Under the pieces are notes generated by a model. It was not told the DNA's origin and ran no database searches. It saw nothing but the letters and a program-made list of their open reading frames with translations. A stretch of 30,250 bases of DNA from a virus (taxonomy: Duplodnaviria; Caudoviricetes), in IMG/VR virus record IMGVR_UViG_3300026511_000017, positions 1 through 30,250 of that record; one strand, given 5' to 3'. How positions within the stretch are numbered: position 1 is the first letter of the stretch; every line of letters begins with the position of its first letter. A program made the translations under genes and the position numbers. Of the stretch, positions 12,001 to 17,458 are shown piece by piece.

Positions 12001-13377
12001 ATAGAAAAGAGATTAGAAAAGTACATTGAAATGGTACTTTTAGGTAAGACTAAAAAGATAGAAAAAGTAACTGTTGGTACTAAAGAAATACAAATAGACA
12101 AGATAGTTGATACATTATTAGGCTATACAGCTGTAACAACATTAGGTTTAGATTTCTTAAAAGGTACACGTAACTATTTAACTGCGTCTTTCCAACAGCT
12201 TATTGAATCAGGCTCAAGTAAAGCTAACCCTACACTTATAAATGCATCACAGTATGCAGACGGTCACAAAGAAATGATGACTCGTATAAAAGATTTGTAT
12301 GATGACAAGTATAATAAACTAGGTAACAGATCTTTTATAGGACAGATGTTAATTAAGTTTGATGGTATACAAGGTAACTTTGAAGATCTAGTAGGTAAGC
12401 AGGTTTCTGGTAGAACTGCAATGAGACAGTTTTTAAGTAGTGATACGCTATTAATTAACTATCATATTGGTGAGGTAGCTGCACAAGGAGGCGCTATGAT
12501 TGCACATCTTAAAAATAAAGAAGTAACCCTTGATGGTAAAAAATACAACCTGTATAATGCTTTTTATGTAAACCCTAATACCGGATTACTGGAACTAGTA
12601 GGAGGTACAGAAGCTGAACAAGCAGAGGCACAAAAGCTTGTAACTAAAACAATAGCAGAGATAAGAGAAATGAATAGAAGGCTGAATGGTAACTACAGAC
12701 GTATGGATAAGACAGTGTTGTCTCAGACTACAGGAGGTAGAATGCTTGAGCTCTTTAGAAAATTCCTTGTACCTACATTGTTGAATAGATATAGAACACA
12801 GCATGTTAATCATGAAACTAACCAAGTAGATGGTGGATTCCATAGATGGTTTATTAGTAACATGATGGATGCATGGAAAACTAGTACAGAATCAAAAATT
12901 TTAGATAGACTAAAAGATACATACAAACGATCTACTGTAACGGCGAAAGACAAAGAGAAAGCGTTTAGAGCATTGTATGAAATGGGAACATTAGCAATAT
13001 TATGGGCTTTAGTAACTGTTTTATCACAAATGGTAGAGGATGATGATGATGAAATACCAACAAGTGCTTATTATTTATTGTATTTAATGACTACACTAAA
13101 AGGAGAGATTAATGCATTTGCACCAACACCGGGAGCTATATCTGATTTACTTAGAATTTTAAGATCACCCACAGCAATGACTAATTCTATACTGCGTGCT
13201 GAAAAGCTTATTGCGCAGTTAACTGATCCGTTTGCTGAATATAAAAGAGACAGCGGTGTATGGAAAAAAGGAGAAAGTAAACTTAAAGTAAGAGCGTTAC
13301 AAAGTTTAGGTTATAGTGGAGGGGTACAATTTGATCCTGAAACAGCTTGGAGAAACTTTACTAAGTTGACTAACTAA
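1..13377 (+). CDS. Giant virion-associated polyprotein containing a crAss-type two-barrel DNA-dependent RNA polymerase (5'-partial, >4458 aa)
   Basis: Frame 1 is open from base 1 (KLTGVDTDGKL...), so the true start lies upstream of the window; TAA at 13375-13377. RNAP catalytic region RIPTQ (7051-7065)...LAGSDYDLDKL (DxDxD at 7168-7182), plus DFNKRLAG, NDAQ and FVDNVK segments resembling crAss-like virion RNAPs. Also an EEALH zincin-like segment (9133-9147) and hydrophobic helices near both ends. Confidence 0.9.
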   Translation, partial: KLTGVDTDGKLLRRTRGLTDAFYADKTKTKPGDKLDWDAFAWGDISSEEGIQRTREKDNQVLFFHGAQRYLQDGTYKQNGFYPVFDEETEEWVLQETELDEKNFYDLQGALLNPYGARNSRKGAIATGLDAFSDGMSSLASSVLDFQEMTGDLYEWATVGEAQEGETDSVASDFRFAQEFNKLQKSAAADTDSMFANGEALANGIGSGLSSLVQFWGLGGAIAKGVGAVSLKAAKLFGTAYSAKMASMIGHMGGGMVINSGEVYKQAKRDGIDEEEAAALALATGFVNSLIEYGVGTNALANKAMGTGGGRIISKTILDYAKKSGMKVSDMKFLDKATGPILSKVFNALEATGNTAKGIGGRLLRSAGSALEEGTEEFIQGHVVYGAKQTYNMLRGEGKEYGKGKFQWEKYDMGNHLEEAALGAILGGGSRFVTNHTADRTMMQYISNGKSKDVINQVTALEAQGALSKYQANKLRKRVSDLNGLWQENAVQYSYLGPKGQALAGGLLMYEQSNRDTADKTARTRARIISNENLTEAQKEKKLLELDMKETYNNNNNKFINDVLKSLADPEQVKEFDLENLSGTVLRGARGLLRDKSISEQHIKYLQQKQAEAGNSMTAMRELRKALGIKETDSTKVNDEQYEKKLDEQVQKEIEKQEAKLKKINRNLKDLVYDPAKRATFEESVKENLKKNEVKETENETPPSEKQTTKERVKEAAKKAKEVVTNPVQTVKDVQAESILAEERKQQQLADAQFIAEQETFDQNYGQVNEQLPSHVKSKTGKTYEVVQQFMKNGKLYYEVKSQVAGKPNRQMPADQVASKLFPDDGTRHRDNFQTTYWLQAAGLNNIQREQLAKLILKDPDLINNLQIEFINIKRELNPKTSIKETNMDINMNGSFLRIKDARTGDVLSVVRTPNRFYDKQGKLIDGDQMTEEFFYNNMQKSSMFTDDQFEEFKQGYLQLKSMIEALEKAYPNATDSEPVVLNPELYSFNTDAGLNSIKEGVQKRYKITENDDHTYDGEYRIYDRKRGETIIGEDIAADHTATLPDFDGRYFALVKRGNVVKWVRIMPSTVAFEPVQQRINEINETIAKLNDPNSKEAKAYNNKDRGARANYTKQLNKKLGLFVALGKGIDFNIRVERYQGKFKLNSYVNHNTKKKALAINIPTLTGENLTFYIGEVNNALKNYGLELTKESFREFVPEDGTPTPDMFDSTIVGGSSGFYNPTLSITPNLEGLHALDAGEAVESEVSEAPVEGEGPIIMSKADLNQAVEDAKTLTEKKDVYTPEEVKRLLEDEFNGQLALPSERLKSEVHKDIVRQIVAQYQAGLGFTSNQEIMSAALKDTPYDEQELAYILDKYIAGLTLASFIEEENMTAAEVEAIKQKARQASKAKNILLANDSVRENIIDAAIKQLRFTEEPVEDQLAEEENIADEDKEMFRRFDVSFTELGGVKSLPARVKRFLSYIIMPETDFFGRTKWEGELHGKKVKTIIRKTMDGHTLSGHLMKLLSNQSTEGDMIKRLEAVAQYESIEAAVLGAINAKGNEDIKTQFLNAFNKFSVDYLRFITGPKRNFFFVNPVESSGANQIFNRWKGKTNRKVLNQELAKISKRLGQDGFTQAGVDAIVKSFAKAGWDVTPAFAAYLLGDAKLREAFPELLPDGLDSEGYLTDLLGDQDIFDKSKGGNVRSKKVMELANIAQAFDMSTYEANYRDSKGKSHYRYVAKNLYLENIIKLAENGSLDTNPNNVLNNDEVLSNLTVAFAGDVSITDPDFDRNGNPITTKSTATNKQLSDKQRLMLMYSLFMNEDVKGYGYYIPHVIESKSSLYTVRLPIKNYYDGVTGITDTAVEDAYGLLLSEFKRNQDPNKQLKSKKGTPNYFGILSVLNNAMLADGTSVVDYLKSRKNATAAFETKMKEEVIRPMLGKVVADLTTRTEMLGLKLDQLTPSAKDTDMSAEDKIGQLAINHLINSASFTQLFHGDSNFVDDIDFNKRLAGFHASGDIKGRMKYKYLMYADSNVTFQGVEAASNDAQVLMTQEMYAFRELQSGNFTSATQKRAYEKLVQRLDDPSIELTPQEINSLDLNSTKTVYEDGNRYFKKSDNIITQEEAEAHPELGKIYDMLNANRIMYLIPESASKRKSDKMIEGFDTTIDEGLIHTGEMQFERDQVINRTKSKKGRETESVLAKQVHDLFGSMLTESSSRELVDNINNANADQKKIFLEAVQSLLQPENNQAFKDMVYSMNENTRGPEVLELLQLTEDGKTYNYNLPHIQPVIEQTIISLYNKGALRSNVAGGIATLASGTHYLNPQTGEPLKIHKLNNGVVEFAEVLVSKKFFNLTKFDNIEDIPDRLLTAFAARIPTQTYHSMLPIKVVGFLPDSKGDTMVTPLELPSLAGSDYDLDKLFLHRYASTVVSGNQVVTPANSAEATEAYWAQQPLIKSMRRSYKDEEGNAISVKEAMKRLNIGATDNPAVLQNDMLDNMLDIFSQPEIAEMMFTPATEGVAQDVIDKYDFDFTKGSIFTVVGNLDFNLANKIGEANIGIAANLNALVSMLTQMKYKPEVGFDIDGVNYNSFEPIYEDDVNLKTGLNVEEGARSKFDSISSLITLFVDNVKLGIAPKLNLDDDMTSIAGHIIGLAAGQSRAFMFVNQPILKEYSRLKNLQSDLDTLSLTKKKERQGRIRHNLLQKFSSFEFDVVELTTEALDKALLADYNITELLERKELTQDERDFLAVQKIVMLNANSILAWTGVTGLNATGLLATTRGVKDKVALDRILEAFTESDTNPETSTLIKQIIANHKVYQNNSNAMNYLAGNLADTFLEPAEVYNVFVKEYGESSSSDLAATIQQIENLKKDPKYNYNIALHSLLQIESNDQGKKVLVADSFTKMSNEVSAQLMGQLEDLFEDFPTLSDNLLKYLMASSMLEFSANSFIRYMPASSFKRFSDALDTATKATEKDLKDLEEVYKKAKNKTTAYQGESLPEQQVEQDRTPVFSAGTYTVAQMKEKFGFKKEEMSNLLDKIKDVKVDYSPGGDTYYNSTSNTIVLGDLNKTKFLEEALHAGLDLLPDGEQKKLRRDVLSWYKELVKNHKGDENAKRIQKLFNQYVNLYKGKGQPNPEELAAEEIITNLLYKDNKLINDLNELMSPNEQGILESMWSKFVKLLANMLGIDIKQGSELEQLAKILQPVDRLIGAEGFQYGTQSNVGRMYALSDGTLFDDIALKVDANAVANLAAGDPTVYIDFSGRLIPNQDAVVNITNGSKDFGKAVIIRKTPINNINDLTTKNKEQLAKELGYNSFTDMKKQAKGKLADFIFKSAQATIVRLEPFVANSTEQIESMNTVDPYNNLLNNVLILLETQLAQTKQNIKNTTFVKNRQARLAKQIADIKAAKDVFVSVDSFYEEVKEANNLLDLFLANDKRELKERIEGFNKYRILLNSFTFLDELPGALIKQIEAGELKDDKDNRSKISKLNDSVALLNKLRNKLQDEYIPVLAEKLYPFVEASGPATKEYVDIQLDQINKQREKIKASSKTQKEKAKMLGVLNNRVEKLKLIVGQAPQSEEAFARALRYSLQDDSYFFYLLTSPSTSSDPTLAGLINMNHQLNDQQRMRMLAVHNRLQDAYDTLIEGKSIGNDVSKIYEPIIELKNNRTTGNKDVWTLVTKYDDTSFDKAQEKAESELKASLLDLRIDYLAKIEQDITKVENKLAQYDRLENKEAVSFVINSLENNLKRLQTIKVNGPTEKELVRFGLRRSGWFKNNTVAKSREEIQDAARKAGGDIKSWALTQMNAQAALENGFINQEEFDAINAVEKANSKFKGKSSASYFGYMVTRPNESYINKKWNSLYDSKDQPKNQEGEAHQKFTEIYNESLALVYKKQSVNMALPSIRKGALDRVLEKGTISEIKEALSRLFTVDQDDSIAYGIAALDKQSEQYAPVMFMEDIDSNDVSLDVMTSLSMFANGALTSEKNNELLQIAYLLKDTFANRQVQDPKKLNKTALAKFGKKVSDIQEGESIIEKRLEKYIEMVLLGKTKKIEKVTVGTKEIQIDKIVDTLLGYTAVTTLGLDFLKGTRNYLTASFQQLIESGSSKANPTLINASQYADGHKEMMTRIKDLYDDKYNKLGNRSFIGQMLIKFDGIQGNFEDLVGKQVSGRTAMRQFLSSDTLLINYHIGEVAAQGGAMIAHLKNKEVTLDGKKYNLYNAFYVNPNTGLLELVGGTEAEQAEAQKLVTKTIAEIREMNRRLNGNYRRMDKTVLSQTTGGRMLELFRKFLVPTLLNRYRTQHVNHETNQVDGGFHRWFISNMMDAWKTSTESKILDRLKDTYKRSTVTAKDKEKAFRALYEMGTLAILWALVTVLSQMVEDDDDEIPTSAYYLLYLMTTLKGEINAFAPTPGAISDLLRILRSPTAMTNSILRAEKLIAQLTDPFAEYKRDSGVWKKGESKLKVRALQSLGYSGGVQFDPETAWRNFTKLTN

Positions 13378-13409
13378 GAAAGAAAAAAGCCCCGCATATA
13401 GCGAGGCTT
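13378..13409 (-). terminator. Intrinsic terminator of the leftward block (possibly weakly bidirectional)
   Basis: Minus strand AAGCCUCGC-UAUAU-GCGGGGCUU (9 bp including one G.U) followed by UUUUCUUUCUU, just downstream of the ung stop, at the point where the two gene blocks converge. Confidence 0.85.
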
Positions 13410-13413
13410 ATCT

Positions 13414-14514
13414 TTACCATATAATTCCTTGAAGTTTAAACTCTTCTAAGAATTCGTTGCATTTTGTAAAAGGCTTAGATCCAAAGAAACCTGCTTTACC
13501 TCCAGCATATACTTCTGCTGCAGGGTGAGGAGCTTTGATTACTTTAATGTATTCAGACTCTTCTGGTGCTAATTTCTGTGACTCTTTACCCCACAATACA
13601 AATACAAGTGGTTTTTTTGAGGCTGTTTTAGAAGCTATAAGCTTGTCTATAACCTCCTGAGTAAACTTATTCCATCCTAGATTAGAATGAGAGTTAGCTT
13701 GACTCTTATTAACTGTTAAAGTTTTGTTTATCATTAATACTCCTTGCGACGCCCAACGTGTTAGTGTAGGACTATGCGCGCTTTTAAAAGCAAAGTTACC
13801 GGAATAGTAATCATCCTGAACTTCTTTAAGTATGTTACGTAAACTAGGAGGTACTTTAGTCTGACCTTCTCGTACTGAAAAAGCCAAACCGTGAGCACTG
13901 CCGTCATGGTACGGGTCTTGTCCTATAATAACTACATTAGTATCTAAGAAGCTGCAATACTTAAAAGCATTAAACACCTCATCTTTTGCAGGATATACAA
14001 TATTAGTAGCTCTTAGTTTACTAACTGATTGACCTATACTTTTCATATAGTCTTTATCAAAAAGATCTCTAAGTTCACTATACCATTCATACCCTAAATA
14101 CTCATATAATTTTTGGTTAGCTGGATTTTTATATTCTACAGTCCAATACTTTATTGGGATATAGATCTTTTGGGTATAGCTTGCATTCTTGTATACCATC
14201 TTTCCACATTTTATTCTTGCCTCTTGTGTACTAATCTTGTACACCGCATCAGAAGTTTCATATTCTATCTCATTTGCAAAGTCAAGAATTCTTGCATGAA
14301 CACTCCAAGCTTTTGTTTTTCTATAAATGTCTGCTTCTCTTTCATGCTTTTTGTATACTACCTTTTCAGGAGTTACTTGCACTAAAAATCCTAAGTCCCT
14401 GAGTCTGTTTTCGTTACTCTGGTGTAACTTTATTGTGTATGGACTAGTCTTATTTATAAGAAGTTTGTTATTAAATTTATCTACTATTTCTAATATATCA
14501 TTCTGCTGTATCAT
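13414..14514 (-). CDS. ung: Family 1 uracil-DNA glycosylase with ~130-aa N-terminal extra domain
   Basis: Motifs GQDPYH, HGLAFS, VPPSLRNI, WASQGVLMIN, SHSNLGW, VFVLWG and FFGSKPF. The HPSPLS loop appears as HPAAEV. Confidence 0.95.
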   Translation of the reverse strand: MIQQNDILEIVDKFNNKLLINKTSPYTIKLHQSNENRLRDLGFLVQVTPEKVVYKKHEREADIYRKTKAWSVHARILDFANEIEYETSDAVYKISTQEARIKCGKMVYKNASYTQKIYIPIKYWTVEYKNPANQKLYEYLGYEWYSELRDLFDKDYMKSIGQSVSKLRATNIVYPAKDEVFNAFKYCSFLDTNVVIIGQDPYHDGSAHGLAFSVREGQTKVPPSLRNILKEVQDDYYSGNFAFKSAHSPTLTRWASQGVLMINKTLTVNKSQANSHSNLGWNKFTQEVIDKLIASKTASKKPLVFVLWGKESQKLAPEESEYIKVIKAPHPAAEVYAGGKAGFFGSKPFTKCNEFLEEFKLQGIIW

Positions 14515-14983
14515 ATGTTACTGTTATATCTTTTGCTAATTGTGTTTTTAATTGTTCTATTTCTATTAAAAGTAGATCAACACGGTCGTATACATTCGTA
14601 TAGTCTGTTGGAGTTTCTATTCTATTGTCTCTAACAAACTCATGTTCTTTTAGTCTTAGATGAATTTTATGCTTTATTCTAGTATGGATAGCATTAAACA
14701 TGTTTTTTGCATCTCTATCTTGACCTAGTGTCCAGGGAGTTGTTTTGTTTGCATGTATTACTGTTGCATGATCCTTTTCTAAAAAGTCACCAATGTGTGA
14801 TAAGGAGTACTTTGTATATGCTACTGCTATCATAAAAAAGATGCCTCTGTGTAATACATAATTTCTTTTTCTTGTAACAATACGTATGTCTATAAGTCCT
14901 ATCTCCCGTACTACATTTTCTATTTCTTCTAAGCTAATATGACCTATCTCAGGTCTAAGCGGATTTATCTGTATCTCTTGCAT
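14498..14983 (-). CDS. Stand-alone DnaA C-terminal (domain IV, HTH) DNA-binding protein with coiled-coil tail
   Basis: TRKRNYVLHRGIFFMIAVAYTKYSLSHIGDFLEKDHATVIHA matches the DnaA domain IV signature (R..R..R..AMYL...SL..IG..F..RDHTTV.HA). No AAA+ domain. Confidence 0.8.
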   Translation of the reverse strand: MQEIQINPLRPEIGHISLEEIENVVREIGLIDIRIVTRKRNYVLHRGIFFMIAVAYTKYSLSHIGDFLEKDHATVIHANKTTPWTLGQDRDAKNMFNAIHTRIKHKIHLRLKEHEFVRDNRIETPTDYTNVYDRVDLLLIEIEQLKTQLAKDITVTYDTAE

Positions 14984-15155
14984 TTTTATTTTTTATTAAA
15001 ACATCTAATTTTTGTTGTAGTTTTTGAATACTACGTTTTGTATCTGCGCTAGTTACTCGTTTTAAAAAAGCAATTTGCTTCATTATTGTTTTAATTTTTT
15101 CCATCTGGTTTTGAATATTTCTTAATAGGATGTAGCCTTTGAATAGGCTCATCAT
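14955..15155 (-). CDS. Small basic hypothetical protein (start may be ATG at 15104)
   Basis: Fills the gap in the leftward gene string, overlaps both neighbours, and has helical/coiled-coil character. Confidence 0.55.
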   Translation of the reverse strand: MMSLFKGYILLRNIQNQMEKIKTIMKQIAFLKRVTSADTKRSIQKLQQKLDVLIKNKNARDTDKSA

Positions 15156-15342
15156 TACCTATGTTAAACTTTTCTCTTACTTCAGCCTCACGTTCTTTAC
15201 TACAATAAATCATACAACCGTCCTTGTAAAAAGGACCAGCTGTATCTTTATTTTTTTGTCTTTCTTTTACTAGAGCTTTTGCTCTTTCTAAAGCTTCGTG
15301 TGCTTCTTTTCTACCTTTGCTTTTTTCTTGTCTACTGATCAT
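15091..15342 (-). CDS. Small hypothetical protein
   Basis: ATG in an A-rich context (actaaatcaATG), 4 nt after the nuclease stop; 83 aa, charged. Confidence 0.65.
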   Translation of the reverse strand: MISRQEKSKGRKEAHEALERAKALVKERQKNKDTAGPFYKDGCMIYCSKEREAEVREKFNIGNDEPIQRLHPIKKYSKPDGKN

Positions 15343-15346
15343 TGAT

Positions 15347-16252
15347 TTAGTTAAATAAAGTTATACCATTGTTTTCATACACTTCTTGTGGTTCTATCCA
15401 CTGTTGTGTTTGTTGATGATACTTTATTCTGTTAAGTAGATTTTTATATTTTTCTCTACCTTGTTCAATCAATTTCTCACCAACTTCGAAGATTCGCACT
15501 TGGTTATAACCGGTTGTCTCTATAGCTATAATATAACATCGCTCTACAGGCTTTCCTATCCACTCTAAAGCATCTTTATAAAATGCTAGCTGTCTATCGT
15601 AGTGATAGAAATCAAAAGAGCTTCTAAAGGAGGCTAGTGGTTTTGATGTTGTTTTTAAATCTATGAGAGCATTAGAAGTATATCTATCTATTTTAGATTT
15701 ATATATTTCATCTGGACCCCAATATACATCCTCTTCGTTAACTCCTGGTGTGTCAAACAACAGTTTTTTAACGCCTGCATTATTGTTAACAGACTCTTTT
15801 ATGTTAGCTAACATAGCTGCCATTTTTTGGTCTATACAAGTCTTGCCATCCGCTCTATGTAAAAAGTTATAATACTCTTTACCTTGATCGATGATTTTTT
15901 TAAGCAATGTTTCGGGTTTCCATGATTGACCATACGCAAATTCTTTAGCAGATCCTAAAATGTAATCCTGATGTGAGTTAATATCGGTATCTAGTTCGCC
16001 TCTAGTAACTTGATAAACCTTGTCTATTATTTTCACAATAGTATCACTAGGTCTATCTACATCAGATACTATAAAAGTCTCTGGTTCTAAAAAATATTGG
16101 TGTATAGTTGTACCGGCATATAGAGAGGGACTGCTAATATTATTAGAATTTCCATCTATATAATCTTTAAACTTTCTTGGTGATCCTCCTTGTTCCGGAT
16201 TTATATAACTTAAAGAAGAATTACTGATTTTTGTACTTTGATAATAATCCAT
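15347..16252 (-). CDS. PD-(D/E)XK exonuclease, RecE/exonuclease VIII (DUF3799)-like
   Basis: ISNSSL...GTTIHQYFLEP, then E...KSKIDRY...IDLKTT...YDRQLAFYKDAL: the RecB-family nuclease motif order. Confidence 0.85.
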   Translation of the reverse strand: MDYYQSTKISNSSLSYINPEQGGSPRKFKDYIDGNSNNISSPSLYAGTTIHQYFLEPETFIVSDVDRPSDTIVKIIDKVYQVTRGELDTDINSHQDYILGSAKEFAYGQSWKPETLLKKIIDQGKEYYNFLHRADGKTCIDQKMAAMLANIKESVNNNAGVKKLLFDTPGVNEEDVYWGPDEIYKSKIDRYTSNALIDLKTTSKPLASFRSSFDFYHYDRQLAFYKDALEWIGKPVERCYIIAIETTGYNQVRIFEVGEKLIEQGREKYKNLLNRIKYHQQTQQWIEPQEVYENNGITLFN

Positions 16253-16286
16253 ATTATTGTTTTCTTTTTAACTGTAATTACTGTAT

Positions 16287-16294
16287 GCAATATA
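16287..16294 (-). promoter_or_regulatory. Putative Bacteroidota-type -7 promoter element upstream of the nuclease gene
   Basis: Minus strand cttgTATATTGCat in an intergenic gap, resembling the TAnnTTTG consensus, ~35 nt before the ATG at 16252. Confidence 0.35.
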
Positions 16295-16313
16295 CAAGAT
16301 TCTTTTAAATGTT

Positions 16314-16439
16314 TTATAACATATCTGCATCGAAACATGCATTGCTACAATAACCTGGTCTTGACATAGGTTTTTCACAGTGCGTGCATTCGTATTCGTC
16401 GTTATCATATGCGGGGTTTCCGTAATCTACTGGGTCCAT
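16314..16439 (-). CDS. 41-aa Cys4 zinc-finger-like peptide (not in ORF track)
   Basis: MDPVDYGNPAYDNDEYECTHCEKPMSRPGYCSNACFDADML*. The ATG is 1 nt after the SP-lyase stop (TAA-T-ATG). CxxC...YCSxxC pattern. Confidence 0.75.
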   Translation of the reverse strand: MDPVDYGNPAYDNDEYECTHCEKPMSRPGYCSNACFDADML

Positions 16440-16440
16440 A

Positions 16441-17283
16441 TTAAAATATATATCTAATGGTTTCTACAGGAAAATACTTACTGTATAGTTCTGTCCATTC
16501 TGTTAATAATCTGCTTTTATGTTTCAAAGGGTAACGCATTACACCACTTTTGTTCTTTACCTCGTTGCTATATTGCATTAGGTGTCTTGCTTCTGGTGAT
16601 GCTTTAGCCATTTGATTTACATGGTTAGTTAAAACTATTACTTCACATTTGTTAACACCAGCAACTGCGGATACTTCTTGAAATAATTCTTCATAAAGCT
16701 CATCCCAGTGGTGGTGAAATATAAGAGGAGAGTAATTTATATGTACTTCCCATCCTAAGTCTTTCAATCTATTAATATCTTCAATACGAGAGTAAATATC
16801 CTGCATTTTAGGCTCTACGACGGTAGAATATACCTGTGGCATAAGAGAAACACGTATACGAGGGCGTTTTTTGAAAGAATTTACGTCTAACGTTAGTAGT
16901 CCTGGATACTTTGTAGCCATTGTTGTGTTAAGATTTTCGTGTTTATCATACATAAGCAAGTAATCGTGTAAAGAAACTCCTGTTTTCTTTACATGTTTCT
17001 GCATAAGTACTAAATCTGTATTACACGCAATGTCTACCATTGTGTATACAGGGTCTTGTTGATCAGGTACCTTGTCATAGGTCTTTTCCCACTCTACTAC
17101 AGAGTTAAATATTTCATCAACGTTCTCATTAACATATACTCTGGTCCCATTGTAACGTGACATATAACAATAAGTGTTAACACAACCACCAAAACAACCA
17201 TAGATGAGGTTTGGTGCAATGCAATTAGCACTGTTATTATTCGGTTTTGTTACTAGGGTTTTTGTTTTCTGATATTTTATCAT
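16441..17283 (-). CDS. splB: Spore photoproduct lyase-like radical SAM enzyme
   Basis: GCFGGCVNTYCYM cluster motif; DIACNTD (cf. B. subtilis SplB EASCTSD containing Cys141); ATKY, RIRVSLMP, VEP, RIEDI...GWEVHINYSPLI and a terminal YFP...IRYIF, all in SplB order. Confidence 0.8.
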   Translation of the reverse strand: MIKYQKTKTLVTKPNNNSANCIAPNLIYGCFGGCVNTYCYMSRYNGTRVYVNENVDEIFNSVVEWEKTYDKVPDQQDPVYTMVDIACNTDLVLMQKHVKKTGVSLHDYLLMYDKHENLNTTMATKYPGLLTLDVNSFKKRPRIRVSLMPQVYSTVVEPKMQDIYSRIEDINRLKDLGWEVHINYSPLIFHHHWDELYEELFQEVSAVAGVNKCEVIVLTNHVNQMAKASPEARHLMQYSNEVKNKSGVMRYPLKHKSRLLTEWTELYSKYFPVETIRYIF

Positions 17284-17446
17284 TTTCTATATATTTTCCT
17301 TTAACTTTTATTATTGAATAATCTCCCAAATACCTGTATAAAGTTCTAGCTGTAATTCCTAAAAGTTTTGATGCTTCTTCTTTGTGTCCTTCTGTTCTAT
17401 TCAATGCTTTGCATATAAGTCTTATATGCTCTTGTTTTATTGTCAT
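17237..17446 (-). CDS. Fis-family (HTH_8) helix-turn-helix protein
   Basis: EHIRLICKALNRTEGHKEEASKLLGITARTLYRYL matches the Fis/NtrC C-terminal HTH (I..AL....GN...AA..LGISR.TLYRKL). Confidence 0.85.
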   Translation of the reverse strand: MTIKQEHIRLICKALNRTEGHKEEASKLLGITARTLYRYLGDYSIIKVKGKYIENDKISENKNPSNKTE

Positions 17447-17458
17447 ATTTTAAGTTTT

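Noticed and set aside
80-12843. Many short minus-strand and alternate-frame ORFs within the giant gene
   Set aside because: Ser/Leu/Phe-rich shadow translations of the A-rich coding strand, with no motifs or start context.
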